Position numbers and translations under genes: made by a program. This document shows positions 7,070 through 16,900 of a DNA stretch of 32,000 nt, piece by piece. A model generated the notes under the pieces. That model had not been told where the DNA came from and searched no databases. It saw only the letters and a program-made list of their open reading frames with translations. The DNA is taken from contig NC_009930.1 in assembly GCF_000018105.1 (NCBI RefSeq), positions 145,163 through 177,162 of the forward strand, in the 5' to 3' direction. The number at the start of each line of letters is the position of its first letter. Positions within the stretch are counted from its first letter, which is position 1. Source of the stretch: Acaryochloris marina MBIC11017. Its GTDB lineage: Bacteria > Cyanobacteriota > Cyanobacteriia > Thermosynechococcales > Thermosynechococcaceae.

Positions 7070-7365
7070 GGCTTTTTGTCTGGCAGATATCGTTAAATTA
7101 TCTGGGGAAAGCCATAAAATTACGCGGCCCTTTAGCAAGTTTTGATAATCGATTGACTAATAGAGAATCGACTGATCGGAAGAAATAGTGCAACTAATTC
7201 CTTAAAGAATTTAATTTTCTCTCAGAAACAGTGCATCCATCTCTTGAAAAATCATCCTTGAGTATCATTACCTATAAATCAACAGAATACTCTCTGAGTT
7301 CAGTTTGTAGCGATTCAAAGTTGTGCAGCTAATTCTATAAATTGCTCATTCTTGTGCATACAAAG

Positions 7366-7537
7366 GGGTCTTGTCCTCTTTTGGTGAAACAGAAAAAAGT
7401 GTTGTAATTCTGCTCACAGATAAGAACTAAACAAGGCTAAAACCCTTGATATAGCGTTATATTTCTCACTCAATTTGGCAAGTAATGAGGCGTTAAATTG
7501 TATTTCCTACGCAGATCACCAAAAGAGGACAAGACCC
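7366..7537. mobile_element. MITE-like element, 172 bp, with perfect 22-bp terminal inverted repeats and an 8-bp flanking direct repeat.
   Basis: The left TIR is gggtcttgtcctcttttggtga (7366-7387). The right TIR is tcaccaaaagaggacaagaccc (7516-7537). ATACAAAG flanks both ends (7358-7365 and 7538-7545). There is no ORF inside. Confidence 0.55.
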
Positions 7538-7618
7538 ATACAAAGAAATAATGGACAAAAGCTCAAAGCGAATTGTTCATTCAAAGAGTAGTTATACTCT
7601 TTGAATTATTTTCATTAT

Positions 7619-8434
7619 TTAGGAATTAAATGCTGTCAATACTAATATAATTCCAAGCACGACAACAATTTGATTGAAGCTTAAATATATAGGTTCTATT
7701 TTTGGAAAAGTACTTTCTCTTTTGGCAGAATCAACTCCATAATCCAAAGAAAGAATTTTTTTTGCCTGAAGACGCTTTTTCCTCATCTGAAGGCGCACTT
7801 TCCTCATCTGAAGGCGCACTCTCCTTATCTGGTAAAGCACTTCATTTATTAGAATATTGATTTTTCCATTTGAAAAATACTTGGGAAAGTTTGAAAATAT
7901 TTCGCGGATTCCGGAACAAAGACTCGACCAAAATCTATACCGGAATGGATTTCTAGGTTTGCTCAAAGAATAAAATTTATTTACTATTTTTTTTCTAAGT
8001 TTACTTATATGCTTAGCCTTTATCGATTTAATTTCCTTTTCAATCAATTTAATGTCTTCTTTAATAGAATCAATTTCTTCCTCCTCTATTATTTTTTCCA
8101 ATAAGACAATTTCTTTTCGTGCTTTACGGGCACGAAGTATATGCTTACGAGCAGCTTTTTCAATTCTTTTAACAGCGCAATATCCAACTCCTCCAAGCAA
8201 AATCATTATAGCCCCGAGGAAATAGAGCAAATATTGTCTAGCTATAGTATTTTTTTCCAATTCCCAAACTGAAATATAGGCAGCAACAATGGCAGTAGCA
8301 GCGACTAAGATTTGAAATGTCAGAGATGATCGAAGTGATTCGTGATGCCGAACGTGCGTCCATTGATCTTCGTAGTATCTAAAATACAGGTCATGATTAT
8401 TCGATTCATTCTGATTTTCAGTAGAGTTAGCCAT
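7619..8434 (-). CDS. Membrane protein with two N-terminal TM helices, a long charged coiled-coil region and a C-terminal TM helix. Function unknown.
   Basis: A 271-aa ORF in DNA of about 30-35% GC. Hydrophobic segments are LTFQILVAATAIVAAYISVW, LLYFLGAIMILLGGVGYCAV and IVVVLGIILVLTAF. The EEEEIDSIKEDIKLIEKEIKSIKAK stretch is coiled-coil-like. Confidence 0.5.
   Translation of the reverse strand: MANSTENQNESNNHDLYFRYYEDQWTHVRHHESLRSSLTFQILVAATAIVAAYISVWELEKNTIARQYLLYFLGAIMILLGGVGYCAVKRIEKAARKHILRARKARKEIVLLEKIIEEEEIDSIKEDIKLIEKEIKSIKAKHISKLRKKIVNKFYSLSKPRNPFRYRFWSSLCSGIREIFSNFPKYFSNGKINILINEVLYQIRRVRLQMRKVRLQMRKKRLQAKKILSLDYGVDSAKRESTFPKIEPIYLSFNQIVVVLGIILVLTAFNS
7781..7822 (-). repeat. 21-bp tandem duplication inside the 271-aa ORF.
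   Basis: cctcatctgaaggcgcacttt (7781-7801) is followed by cctcatctgaaggcgcactct (7802-7822). Together they encode RVRLQMRKVRLQMRK. Confidence 0.85.
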
Positions 8435-8787
8435 TTAAATATCCGTAAAATAAAGAATTACAGTGAAATCATACATATCAAATATTCATGTGATTTTATC
8501 TATCTTCCTTACACTTCACAAAGTTTCCATCATTAACCAGAACTCAATCTATCAATATACCTGGATAACGTGATGTGCAACTTAGATTTTGGATAATCAC
8601 TTCGCTTGTAATGCTATCTATACAAGGACTACAGGCTCATTAGAGTATTTAGAAAGCCCTTTTATTTCTAAGATTTATAACCTCTAATGAGAATATTCGC
8701 ATTTGAATTTGGAAGAAATATGAACCTTACACTAATTTAAAGGGCTGAAACAACGTAAACCGGTTGAAATTATAGCTGGACATCCCG

Positions 8788-9186
8788 TTAGATAAGAATC
8801 AGCAGACTAGTTAAATCATGCCAGCACCCTCGACCCAAATCATATAGGGTGTCAACAAATATCCTCCTAGCTTGCCTCTCAAGAATATCTTCGACTCCAG
8901 CCCGATAACGGTTCCACGAATCTTCAAGACTCGTCGCTGGCCGATCAATGAACTCCATTGGAGAGTATCTCATCGATAAATCAATAGGTTCTGCTTGTCT
9001 CTCTTTGACATAATTGGATACAAATTCTGACCGTTGCTCACAAGTCGGATACTTCGCCCTCAATTCATCAATTGTTGGAAGACCTACATGCTGAGAACTG
9101 ATATAAAAAAATCCGATGATTACAATGGCGAACGGCGTCAGAAAAAACAAAGCAAAAAAGGCTGGGATACCTAAAAATTTCTTCAT
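8788..9186 (-). CDS. Small N-terminally membrane-anchored protein, unknown function.
   Basis: A 132-aa ORF with the hydrophobic N-terminus MKKFLGIPAFFALFFLTPFAIVIIGFFYI. The context is AT-rich. Confidence 0.45.
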   Translation of the reverse strand: MKKFLGIPAFFALFFLTPFAIVIIGFFYISSQHVGLPTIDELRAKYPTCEQRSEFVSNYVKERQAEPIDLSMRYSPMEFIDRPATSLEDSWNRYRAGVEDILERQARRIFVDTLYDLGRGCWHDLTSLLILI

Positions 9187-9344
9187 CAGTTTTCTCTAAG
9201 AACCCCTGTACCCCAGGCCAGGGTGGATCAATTGATTGATATTGTTATCATGCTGTAATAGTTCATTTGTAATATAGTAGATTTTTACCTTGATTTTTCA
9301 ATTTTCAGAGATAAAAGCCCCCTGCGTCACAACCTATGCTTAAT

Positions 9345-9767
9345 TCACTGAATATTTACAACCTGATACTTGGCCCGACTCGTAGGCACCACAAATAGCA
9401 CATGCTTAGCCCCAGAGTTCGTTACGATCACGAGCATTGATGACCCATCAGAGTTTGAGAGTTTACCCTTGATATTTTTGGGTCTGACCCTCGTCAATTG
9501 CAGCATGGAAGGAGCCTGCCCTTGGCATTGCTGTACCCCAGTACAAAGCTGACCATCCAAGGGATAAAGCTCAATTTGATTCGGTGGCTGAAGGCTCAAA
9601 CCCTGAATCTTGTCACCATTGTTGAGGTGGACAATCACCCCGGATGGATCAACGGCAATGGGCCGCATATTGGTTGTTCCTTTGAGGTTCAACTCTCTAA
9701 CTTGCTGTGCTGAGGCGACCGTTGACCAGCTCAGTAGAAATAGTAGTGGAACTAATAATCCCTTCAC
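9345..9767 (-). CDS. Secreted conjugation-cluster protein, last gene of the operon. A VirB9-N-like beta domain is a guess.
   Basis: A 140-aa ORF with a GTG start overlapping the upstream stop (GTGA). The signal peptide is MKGLLVPLLFLLSWSTVASAQ. Confidence 0.55.
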   Translation of the reverse strand: MKGLLVPLLFLLSWSTVASAQQVRELNLKGTTNMRPIAVDPSGVIVHLNNGDKIQGLSLQPPNQIELYPLDGQLCTGVQQCQGQAPSMLQLTRVRPKNIKGKLSNSDGSSMLVIVTNSGAKHVLFVVPTSRAKYQVVNIQ

Positions 9768-11200
9768 AGACGCACCTCTCTTACAAAATAGAGCTGAACT
9801 CTTTTACCGCCAAACCGAAATACGCCAATCTTGGTTTGCGTTAGGCCATTAACAGATTGTCTTAGTCGTTCCCCAATCCGTCCAGTGGCTCCCTCAACAA
9901 AAGCAGCGGTGCTATTGAGATCGCTGTTGTTCGTGGAAAGGAACGTTTGGTTCCCATTGGTAAAGGAGGTTTGGCTAGTAGGATTATTCCGGTTACTGGC
10001 CCAGGTCTGAACCCCACCTATCCCGATATCCAGAGCCGTCTTCAACCAATTACTATTCCCTCCTTTCGTCTCCAGCTTGGCAATCATCGTCGGATCGCCA
10101 TCTTGATGGATTTCAACGGCTCCTGACTGGACAAACTTAGATCCAATCTTAGTGAGATTGACGGAGATTAAGCCTTGCTCTGTGGCCTGGGTGACAAAGC
10201 CAAGGGCTATCGTGCCTCGACTCGCAACGACATCCCCTGCACCATCCTTCAAATCGTCCTGAAGCTTCAACCGTACAACTTTCCCTTTAGCTAGCTTTGG
10301 ATTTTCCGGTATCCATGAGACACGATTAACCACCTGAGCAGAAACAGCGGTATCCACGGGAATCACCGCTTGGCTAGCCGTTGCCACAATCTGATTCATG
10401 TAGGGGTTTTTGAGGTTACCAGAGAGGTTTCCAAGCTGCCGGGGTTGAGGCTGAGGAATGGACTTAGACGCACTCGCGATCTGGGTAGGAGGATTAAACA
10501 ACTTAACGGGTTTCTGAGTTGTCTTAAATCCTTCAGACTTGGTTAGCTTCAACAATTTCCGTTGACCAGATACAGGAGACTTTCGGGTTGCAGCCAAGGG
10601 AGCCGTAAAGTACCCCGCATTCGGATCGTCCACTTCAGCCTGTGCGGCCACTGCCACCGGGCGTTGGACTGAAAACTGTCGTTGAGGTTGCTGAGGGGGT
10701 GGAGCAACAGGTCTCGGTCGATAAATCACCCGTGGAGGGGTCACGGTTCTTTGTGGCGTCACGGAGACTCTAGACCGTGAGGGTTGACCCAGTGTAGAGG
10801 GTGCAGTGACGCCTTTGTTCTTGTTAGCCAACCTTCGACCTTGCTGATCCTGGCGGTTAAAGGTTTCCCGCTTTAAGACCTCTTGCAAGAGCTGCTTATC
10901 TTCGGGTGACAGGGCGGACTGGGCAATAGCTTGGGAGGGATTGAACTGCTGCTGCTGTTGAGCCGTGATAGCGCTGCTGGAGTTCATGATCAGCAGTAGC
11001 CCCCCTCCCAGAATCAGAACGATGCTCACACAGGCACCCACGAGGATAATTTTAGTTTTGGGATTTTCGGCAAAGTTGTATTGGGTACGGACGGTATAGT
11101 CCTGATCCCCATCATCAATCTCTACCGTCGTGTCAATCAAAGACTCATCTTCCAAGCCGTCATTAACGGTATCTTTCCATTTATCTAAAACAGCGGCCAT
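9764..11200 (-). CDS. VirB10/TrbI-like bitopic protein (call based on architecture).
   Basis: 478 aa: an acidic N-terminus, a single TM helix (ILVGACVSIVLILGGGLLLI), a Q/P-rich linker (PRPVAPPPQQPQRQ) and a C-terminal beta-rich domain. It follows a VirB8-like gene after a 2-bp gap. Confidence 0.55.
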   Translation of the reverse strand: MAAVLDKWKDTVNDGLEDESLIDTTVEIDDGDQDYTVRTQYNFAENPKTKIILVGACVSIVLILGGGLLLIMNSSSAITAQQQQQFNPSQAIAQSALSPEDKQLLQEVLKRETFNRQDQQGRRLANKNKGVTAPSTLGQPSRSRVSVTPQRTVTPPRVIYRPRPVAPPPQQPQRQFSVQRPVAVAAQAEVDDPNAGYFTAPLAATRKSPVSGQRKLLKLTKSEGFKTTQKPVKLFNPPTQIASASKSIPQPQPRQLGNLSGNLKNPYMNQIVATASQAVIPVDTAVSAQVVNRVSWIPENPKLAKGKVVRLKLQDDLKDGAGDVVASRGTIALGFVTQATEQGLISVNLTKIGSKFVQSGAVEIHQDGDPTMIAKLETKGGNSNWLKTALDIGIGGVQTWASNRNNPTSQTSFTNGNQTFLSTNNSDLNSTAAFVEGATGRIGERLRQSVNGLTQTKIGVFRFGGKRVQLYFVREVRL

Positions 11201-11202
11201 TA

Positions 11203-11925
11203 CTAGCTCCTCTCGTTAAACGCTTCAATTCGGATAATCATCAATCCCCGTCGCCTCACCTCGGCATAGATTTGCTCAATGGGCGTAAATGCTGCCCGCT
11301 TTTTGGGGGCCTCAACTTCAACGAGGTGGATGACGTTGTTGAAGGGGGTAGAGGCATAGGCATCGTCATTTTTGTCCAGGTCAATCAACTCAGCGAACAC
11401 CAAGACTTCCCAGCCCTTCTCGGTTTTCTGAGGGGGTGCAATCCGAGTGATATTGAGTAATCGAGCTTCACCCTGATTAAACTTTTTAGGCTTATAGTCA
11501 CTAATCCCTTGTCGAAACGCTTCCCGGTAGGGAGAGGCCAGGGCATTACTGTAGACATCAATCAGGGTGGGAAGGGGGCCATATCGCGTATTGCGACCTG
11601 GATCAATGCCCGTAGGATGAACGTCTGGACTCACCCGCTGACTCCAGGCAAACAAGGCAGGTAGGGCCTCTTTGATAAACTCTTTGGCGTTCGCGTCTGG
11701 ATTCAGCCGTTCGGCGGAAATCAGTTTGGCATCTTGACCCACCTGGACCACGGGTGGACCCGCTTCAATCGCCGTCAGGCGACCATTGATGGAGGCCAGT
11801 TGCCAAAACAGGGGGGATAGGACCACCAAGCCCCCCGTCGTCGCAATCAGAGCTTTGAGTAAAAAGGGCGTCAGTCCTGACGGGGTATCCCTCGCCACCT
11901 GTTCAAAGATAGAGGTTTTCAGCAT
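11203..11925 (-). CDS. VirB8-like bitopic protein (call based on architecture).
   Basis: 240 aa: a short N-terminus, one TM helix (LIATTGGLVVLSPLFWQLA), then a globular domain of about 180 aa. Its position in the operon fits. Confidence 0.45.
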   Translation of the reverse strand: MLKTSIFEQVARDTPSGLTPFLLKALIATTGGLVVLSPLFWQLASINGRLTAIEAGPPVVQVGQDAKLISAERLNPDANAKEFIKEALPALFAWSQRVSPDVHPTGIDPGRNTRYGPLPTLIDVYSNALASPYREAFRQGISDYKPKKFNQGEARLLNITRIAPPQKTEKGWEVLVFAELIDLDKNDDAYASTPFNNVIHLVEVEAPKKRAAFTPIEQIYAEVRRRGLMIIRIEAFNERS

Positions 11926-11927
11926 AT

Positions 11928-12977
11928 TTATCGTCTCCTAAGTAATCCAAGGGCAGACAAGCCAAACCCCAGTCCACCACCAGGGGGGCGTCGTGCCAGA
12001 TAAACGACAGCGGGAATCATAACGATCACCAGGAAGATCGGCAGCAGCAGCGGATCTTCCCCAGGCAGCAAAAGCATGACCCTGGCAATTAACACGAGAA
12101 AAATCTTGAAGACCAACTCGATTAAGAACAAATCCATAAACAAGCCCATGCCAAAGACGATGGGTGGGTTGTCACTCGGGACAAAGGTCAGTCCCACATA
12201 TAGGGGCATAATCAGGGCCACAATCGGCTTGGCAACCCGCAGCAGAATCATAAATGCTGCGGTGATTAAGAACAGGATTGAGGCAATTAGCTTCCTAGCG
12301 GTGTCGGCGATAAACAGCTTGATCTCCTTCTCCACGGTCTGCCCAATCACCTTGTCGCTATAGGCGACATAATCATCCGTAATCTCACCAAACAAGGCGA
12401 TTGAATCTTTCCTGAGCTTCTGCGCCCATTCCACATTCCCAAAGGGTGCCGTGGCAGAGGTCACCCGCTGCTGTCCCTCGATGATGCACTGCTCTCGCTC
12501 CTCCCCAGAGGGCAGCTCCGAACAACGCTGGAAATCCTCTTGCATTCGGGCTTGAACTGCCCGCTGTACCTGGAGTTCATTCAAGGAACTGTTCGGTCCC
12601 GTTTCCAGCTTGTCTAAAACCATCTGAGTCAGGGCATTGCCGAGGCGATCCGCATTGACCACCACATTCCCTAACAGCTTGCCGCGATTCGTGGGGGTGC
12701 CCAGCAGGATAAGCAAGAGGATGGCAATGAGAAAGAGACGGATGCTATCTGGGGCTTGGTTCATTTCTGGATCAAGCCAGTGACGCACGAGGCGAAAGAA
12801 CCAAAACGCCGCAAACAAGAAGGCGATAATCGCCCCCAAGTTGGCAATCTCGATAAATAGCGGGGTATTGAGGACATCCCACAACACTTGCACTGCCGCT
12901 TCCACTCGGTTCGTGAGTTCGTTGGCGTTATCGATAATGTCTTGGGGATTATCGGTGATGGCAGCTAGGGTGATCAT
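11928..12977 (-). CDS. VirB6/TrbL-like polytopic membrane protein.
   Basis: 349 aa with at least five hydrophobic helices and a central soluble loop. It overlaps the upstream gene by 4 bp. Confidence 0.55.
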   Translation of the reverse strand: MITLAAITDNPQDIIDNANELTNRVEAAVQVLWDVLNTPLFIEIANLGAIIAFLFAAFWFFRLVRHWLDPEMNQAPDSIRLFLIAILLLILLGTPTNRGKLLGNVVVNADRLGNALTQMVLDKLETGPNSSLNELQVQRAVQARMQEDFQRCSELPSGEEREQCIIEGQQRVTSATAPFGNVEWAQKLRKDSIALFGEITDDYVAYSDKVIGQTVEKEIKLFIADTARKLIASILFLITAAFMILLRVAKPIVALIMPLYVGLTFVPSDNPPIVFGMGLFMDLFLIELVFKIFLVLIARVMLLLPGEDPLLLPIFLVIVMIPAVVYLARRPPGGGLGFGLSALGLLRRR

Positions 12978-13981
12978 CGGTTATTCGCCACAAAGGGAGG
13001 GGCTTGCTGAGTTTGAGCCGTCTGTAGGTTGGGATTGACGGGATCAGTTTGCTGGCCGGACTGGGCGACGCTAAACACGAGGTTCTGGGCATTGGCGAGG
13101 GAGAGGTTCTGGGCCGTGCGTTCAATTTCATCCTTCCAGTCCTTTTTCTGGTTAATCTCCAGATTGGCGAGGGTTGTATCGTGAACTCGATTCACGGAAA
13201 AACGGGTCTGCTGTTGCTCAGAGAACTGGAACTGTCCCAGCAACTGGCCGTTGGCCTCAATCTGAGCGCGGATCTTCTCCACATCCTGGGTGGAGTTCGC
13301 GTCATGGGCCTGGTCCACCATTTCACCGGAGGTGCGGATCACATTGGCCACAAAGTCTCTCGCTTCCTTGGCAAAGGTCTGACCATCCTCCCCAAACAGA
13401 ACCTCCAAATTCTTGCGTTGGGCACGGGTGACGGCCAAGTCACCCACGAGGGTCTGATAGGCATACCCGCTCAGCCCCAGTGGACCCGTGGGATCTGGGA
13501 CGGAGGCGAGGACCACGGAGGCGATCTGCTCTCTGACTTTTGCGGGATCGATCTGACCATCGACCCCATAGACATCCCCAATCGGCGCGCCATCAACGGT
13601 AACCCCGTTTTCCTGCTGCTGCCGAGGCACTTTACCAAACAGCCATTCTCCGTACGCTAGGTTGTTATCAATATGCTTAAGGAAGCTGAAATGCTTGCCA
13701 ATGCCAAACAGGCCCCCGACCAGATCAATCACGGGCTTGGCCTGCTGATAGATTTCAACCCCCTTCTTGAAGTCCTTGGAGATCTGGGTCTCTTCCCCGG
13801 TTTTCTTATCGACCTCAAAGAGTCCTTTGTTGTTGATGGGCTGATCTTTTTTGAAGACGCTGTAGTCCACATCGGTTGTACGCCAATAGTCATTCTCTCC
13901 TTCCGCAACGTTTTGGGCGGCAACTGGTGTGGCGATCACCAGAAGGGAGATGGGGAGGAGTTTTAAGTATCTATTACACAT
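12974..13981 (-). CDS. Secreted conjugation-cluster protein (a VirB5-like minor pilus or adhesin role is possible).
   Basis: 335 aa with the signal peptide MCNRYLKLLPISLLVIATPVAAQ. It overlaps the VirB4-like gene by 8 bp. Confidence 0.5.
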   Translation of the reverse strand: MCNRYLKLLPISLLVIATPVAAQNVAEGENDYWRTTDVDYSVFKKDQPINNKGLFEVDKKTGEETQISKDFKKGVEIYQQAKPVIDLVGGLFGIGKHFSFLKHIDNNLAYGEWLFGKVPRQQQENGVTVDGAPIGDVYGVDGQIDPAKVREQIASVVLASVPDPTGPLGLSGYAYQTLVGDLAVTRAQRKNLEVLFGEDGQTFAKEARDFVANVIRTSGEMVDQAHDANSTQDVEKIRAQIEANGQLLGQFQFSEQQQTRFSVNRVHDTTLANLEINQKKDWKDEIERTAQNLSLANAQNLVFSVAQSGQQTDPVNPNLQTAQTQQAPPFVANNR

Positions 13982-16900
13982 GATCGATCACCTTTTGATC
14001 TTCAGATTGCTGCTGGAGGTATAGGGCCAAAGCACTGGCCTGCTCGTATTTATCCGTGGCGTTGCTCTCGGCAAAGATGCGGTCGCGCAGCTCCACCTCA
14101 TCGAGGTTGTTCATCGTCAGCCCGAAGCTGGCAAAGTCGGGATAGTGATAGCCAAAGTGATATCGTCCCCCCGTGCGGATCAGCCATTGAGAGGCAAATT
14201 CTAAGGGGGGATTGTCCCGATCTGGGTTAAAGTCGCTGTCGGTGCAGTATCGAGCAATCTCAGGGTTAAAGCCGATCTCCGTTAAATCTTTTACGGCAGT
14301 GTCCTTAATCGCCCCGACGAGATAGGTGCCGACGTTGTCTAGGATGGAGCTGGCTTCATCCTTATGCTGGAGCAGGATGTTAAGGGATTGACCCACCCAA
14401 CAGGCCCAAACCCCGGATTTGGCTTTCCCCGTAAACCACTCCGCGACAATGCCCCGATAGCTTTCAAAGCGCCAGAGGTTGGTGGATTCCTCGGCCACGA
14501 CCCAGGTCCGTTTGCGGGTAAAGGTCTGGTTGAGCATACTGGCTTGAGCGGCCAGCAAGGCGGGAACCATATCTGCATCATCCTGGACAGACCCCAAGCC
14601 ATAGACCACTAGGGGCTTATCGACTTGGAAGGAGGAGGGTTCAGAGATGGCTTTCCCGGACTGGCGCTGCATCAGGGCCACTAAGGACATCTTGATCCGT
14701 AAAATGGCTTGCTCTGCCTCATCAGACTGTAGCTCTGCGGGCAGACGGGCGAGGGCGATATAGTCCACGAATTTGCGTAGGCAAGGCATCTGACGCCATG
14801 CCTGAGTTCCATATCCTTCCGCATAGGCGTTGGCATAGGCGGTCTGGACGGGTGGCTCAGACAGGTAGGCCGTGACTAAGTTGGTCAATATATCCGTATA
14901 GAACTTGATCAGGGTGGCCGTATCATCACGGGTGGTGGTTAGGTTCTTGAGGGCACCCACTAGAAATTTCTTAAACAACCCTTCGGCGATATCCCGCTGC
15001 TCTGGTCGCATAATTCTGGGATCTGGTTTCTGGAAGATATTGAAGAAATCCGACCCCGCATCAAAGTGAGAAGCGTCCACGAACTGGGTATAGGCATCAA
15101 AGCTGCCTGTGTTATCCTCCCGGCCCGCGTCAATAATCACGACTTGGGTATCGGGTTGCGAGAGGACGTAGGTGGAGATGGCCTGGACGATAAAGGACTT
15201 CCCGGTACGGGTCGTGCCCATCAGGATCATATGGTTATGGGGCTTACGGCCAAAGGGGTCCACCTTTAAGGGGGAACCTGCCTTGGAAATAAATTCAATC
15301 CCCCGCTGGTCAGGCCGTCCGTCCATCACCAAGGGCATCATCCCAATGGCCGCAGCGGTGGTCTCTCGCATTTGCCGATTAAACTTCTCGGTGAGTTTAG
15401 CCAAGGATCCTTTCAAGAGAACGCTGGTGGTCACGGGCTGGGCTTCCAGAAATAGGGAATCAAAGTAGCCCGTTTCCCGTTTGGCTTTCTCCCCAGCAAA
15501 GATGGGGATGGAAGAGAGGCGCTGAATGGCTCGGTCTAAGGACCGCTTATCTTTCCGGTACACAATCGCCATCCATCCCACTTTGAGGGTATGCCCCCCT
15601 TCCCTGAGCTTCATTTCTGCTTCTAGGCTTTTGCGAGTGTTATAGATGGCCCCTCCATCCAGGCGCTTACGGTTCTCCGTCATCACCAAGGACTGGTTGG
15701 ATTGACCCGTATTCCGCTGGGAGGTCTTGAGGACCGCTTTTTGTGGCTCCGCTTCAAAGGTGGCGATGATCTCTAGGTTAGAGAGGGCATCGGGTTTGAC
15801 GGAATGCCGATCTCCGAGGATGGGGGAGCTGGCATCCAGTAGCTGGTCTAGTCGTCCCGTGTGGGGATGATACTCTCGGTTGGGGCGTTGGTTCAGGACC
15901 AGGCCCCCGGCATACATTTGCCGACCGGGAAGCCAAACCACGGATTTACCGTAGTCCGGGGTGTTCTGTAAGAGGACTGAGGAAATGGCCCGGCGACCAT
16001 TGCGATGGGCCGTGATGCTCTCTCGGGTGACGACAATCACCTGGGGAATGGGGGGAACCTCACCGGAATTAAAGCGACGGTAGACCGCAGCCCAGACTTG
16101 TTCAGGAGTCATGGGCCGAGCGGACAGCCCACATTTATTGAAGAAATTTCGGTAGTGGATAAAGGATTCATCGTAGGCAGAGATCAGCAGCTCATGTAGC
16201 CGCTGGTCGAGCTGCTGGCCCTTGCGTCGCTCATCCCACCAATCCACGATGCTTTGCACGGTGGAGGTGAAGGGATCTTGATGCCGCCCCATTGCCCCTA
16301 AGTCATGGTGGATATAGAAATGCAGAAATTTGGGTTGATATTTCCCCCGCTTCTGTAAGGCTCTGACCCGTCGTCGAATCCAGTACAGAAGAAATGAGAT
16401 CGGTTCACTGGGGCACTGTTCCCCCTGGCGATTAATTTCCCGGATGCGGTCCTCGCAGTTGGCAAAGGCCCCCATATGCATGGTCAATGGATCGCCGATG
16501 CGCAGGTCTCTAAATCCTTCTTGGATTTTCTCTGCGGTGACGCGGGCCTGTTCTCGGGTGCTGGTGGAGGGAATGCCATCTGAATCCTTCATCCAGACGG
16601 CCTGCAATTTCCCCTCACGCTGGAGCAGGAGGGCACCGCATCTAGGATCTGGATCAAGCTGGAAGTCAATCACCGCTGCGATATCGATATCATCCTCTGC
16701 GGGGCTAACTTTCCGCTGGGCCGTTTTGGGGCCAATGGTCTTGGTTTTACCGATTCGCTTCTTAAGGCCCGACCCAATATCCTTCTCTGTTTTGAGGTTG
16801 GCATTGACTCTCAGTTTGTCTGGGTGGAGTGCCCCCATCACCTTCCAAGGCTGAGACCCCAAGAGCATCCAGTAGCTGACGGTCAATCCCAGCCATAGAC

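Noticed and set aside
7070-7138. Upstream extension of the NLR N-domain ORF (MLKGRVILWLSPDNLTISARQKA...).
   Set aside because: The extension looks like non-coding translation. The internal ATG at 7069 begins a plausible helix, so it is preferred, but this is not proven.
8637-8692. 10-bp inverted repeat ctcattagag / ctctaatgag with an inner 7-bp pair, downstream of the 132-aa gene.
   Set aside because: It is AT-rich and imperfect, and it has no U-tract on either strand. It is not distinguishable from chance structure in ~30% GC DNA.
13049-13660. Long antisense ORFs within the GC-richer conjugation genes (13049..13660 +, 16444..16854 +, 14339..14602 -, 15172..15468 +, 19365..19733 +, and others).
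   Set aside because: They lie opposite or out of frame to ORFs with clear motifs or signal peptides. Their composition is Arg/Gly/Pro-rich and low-complexity, as is typical of antisense frames in GC-rich coding DNA.
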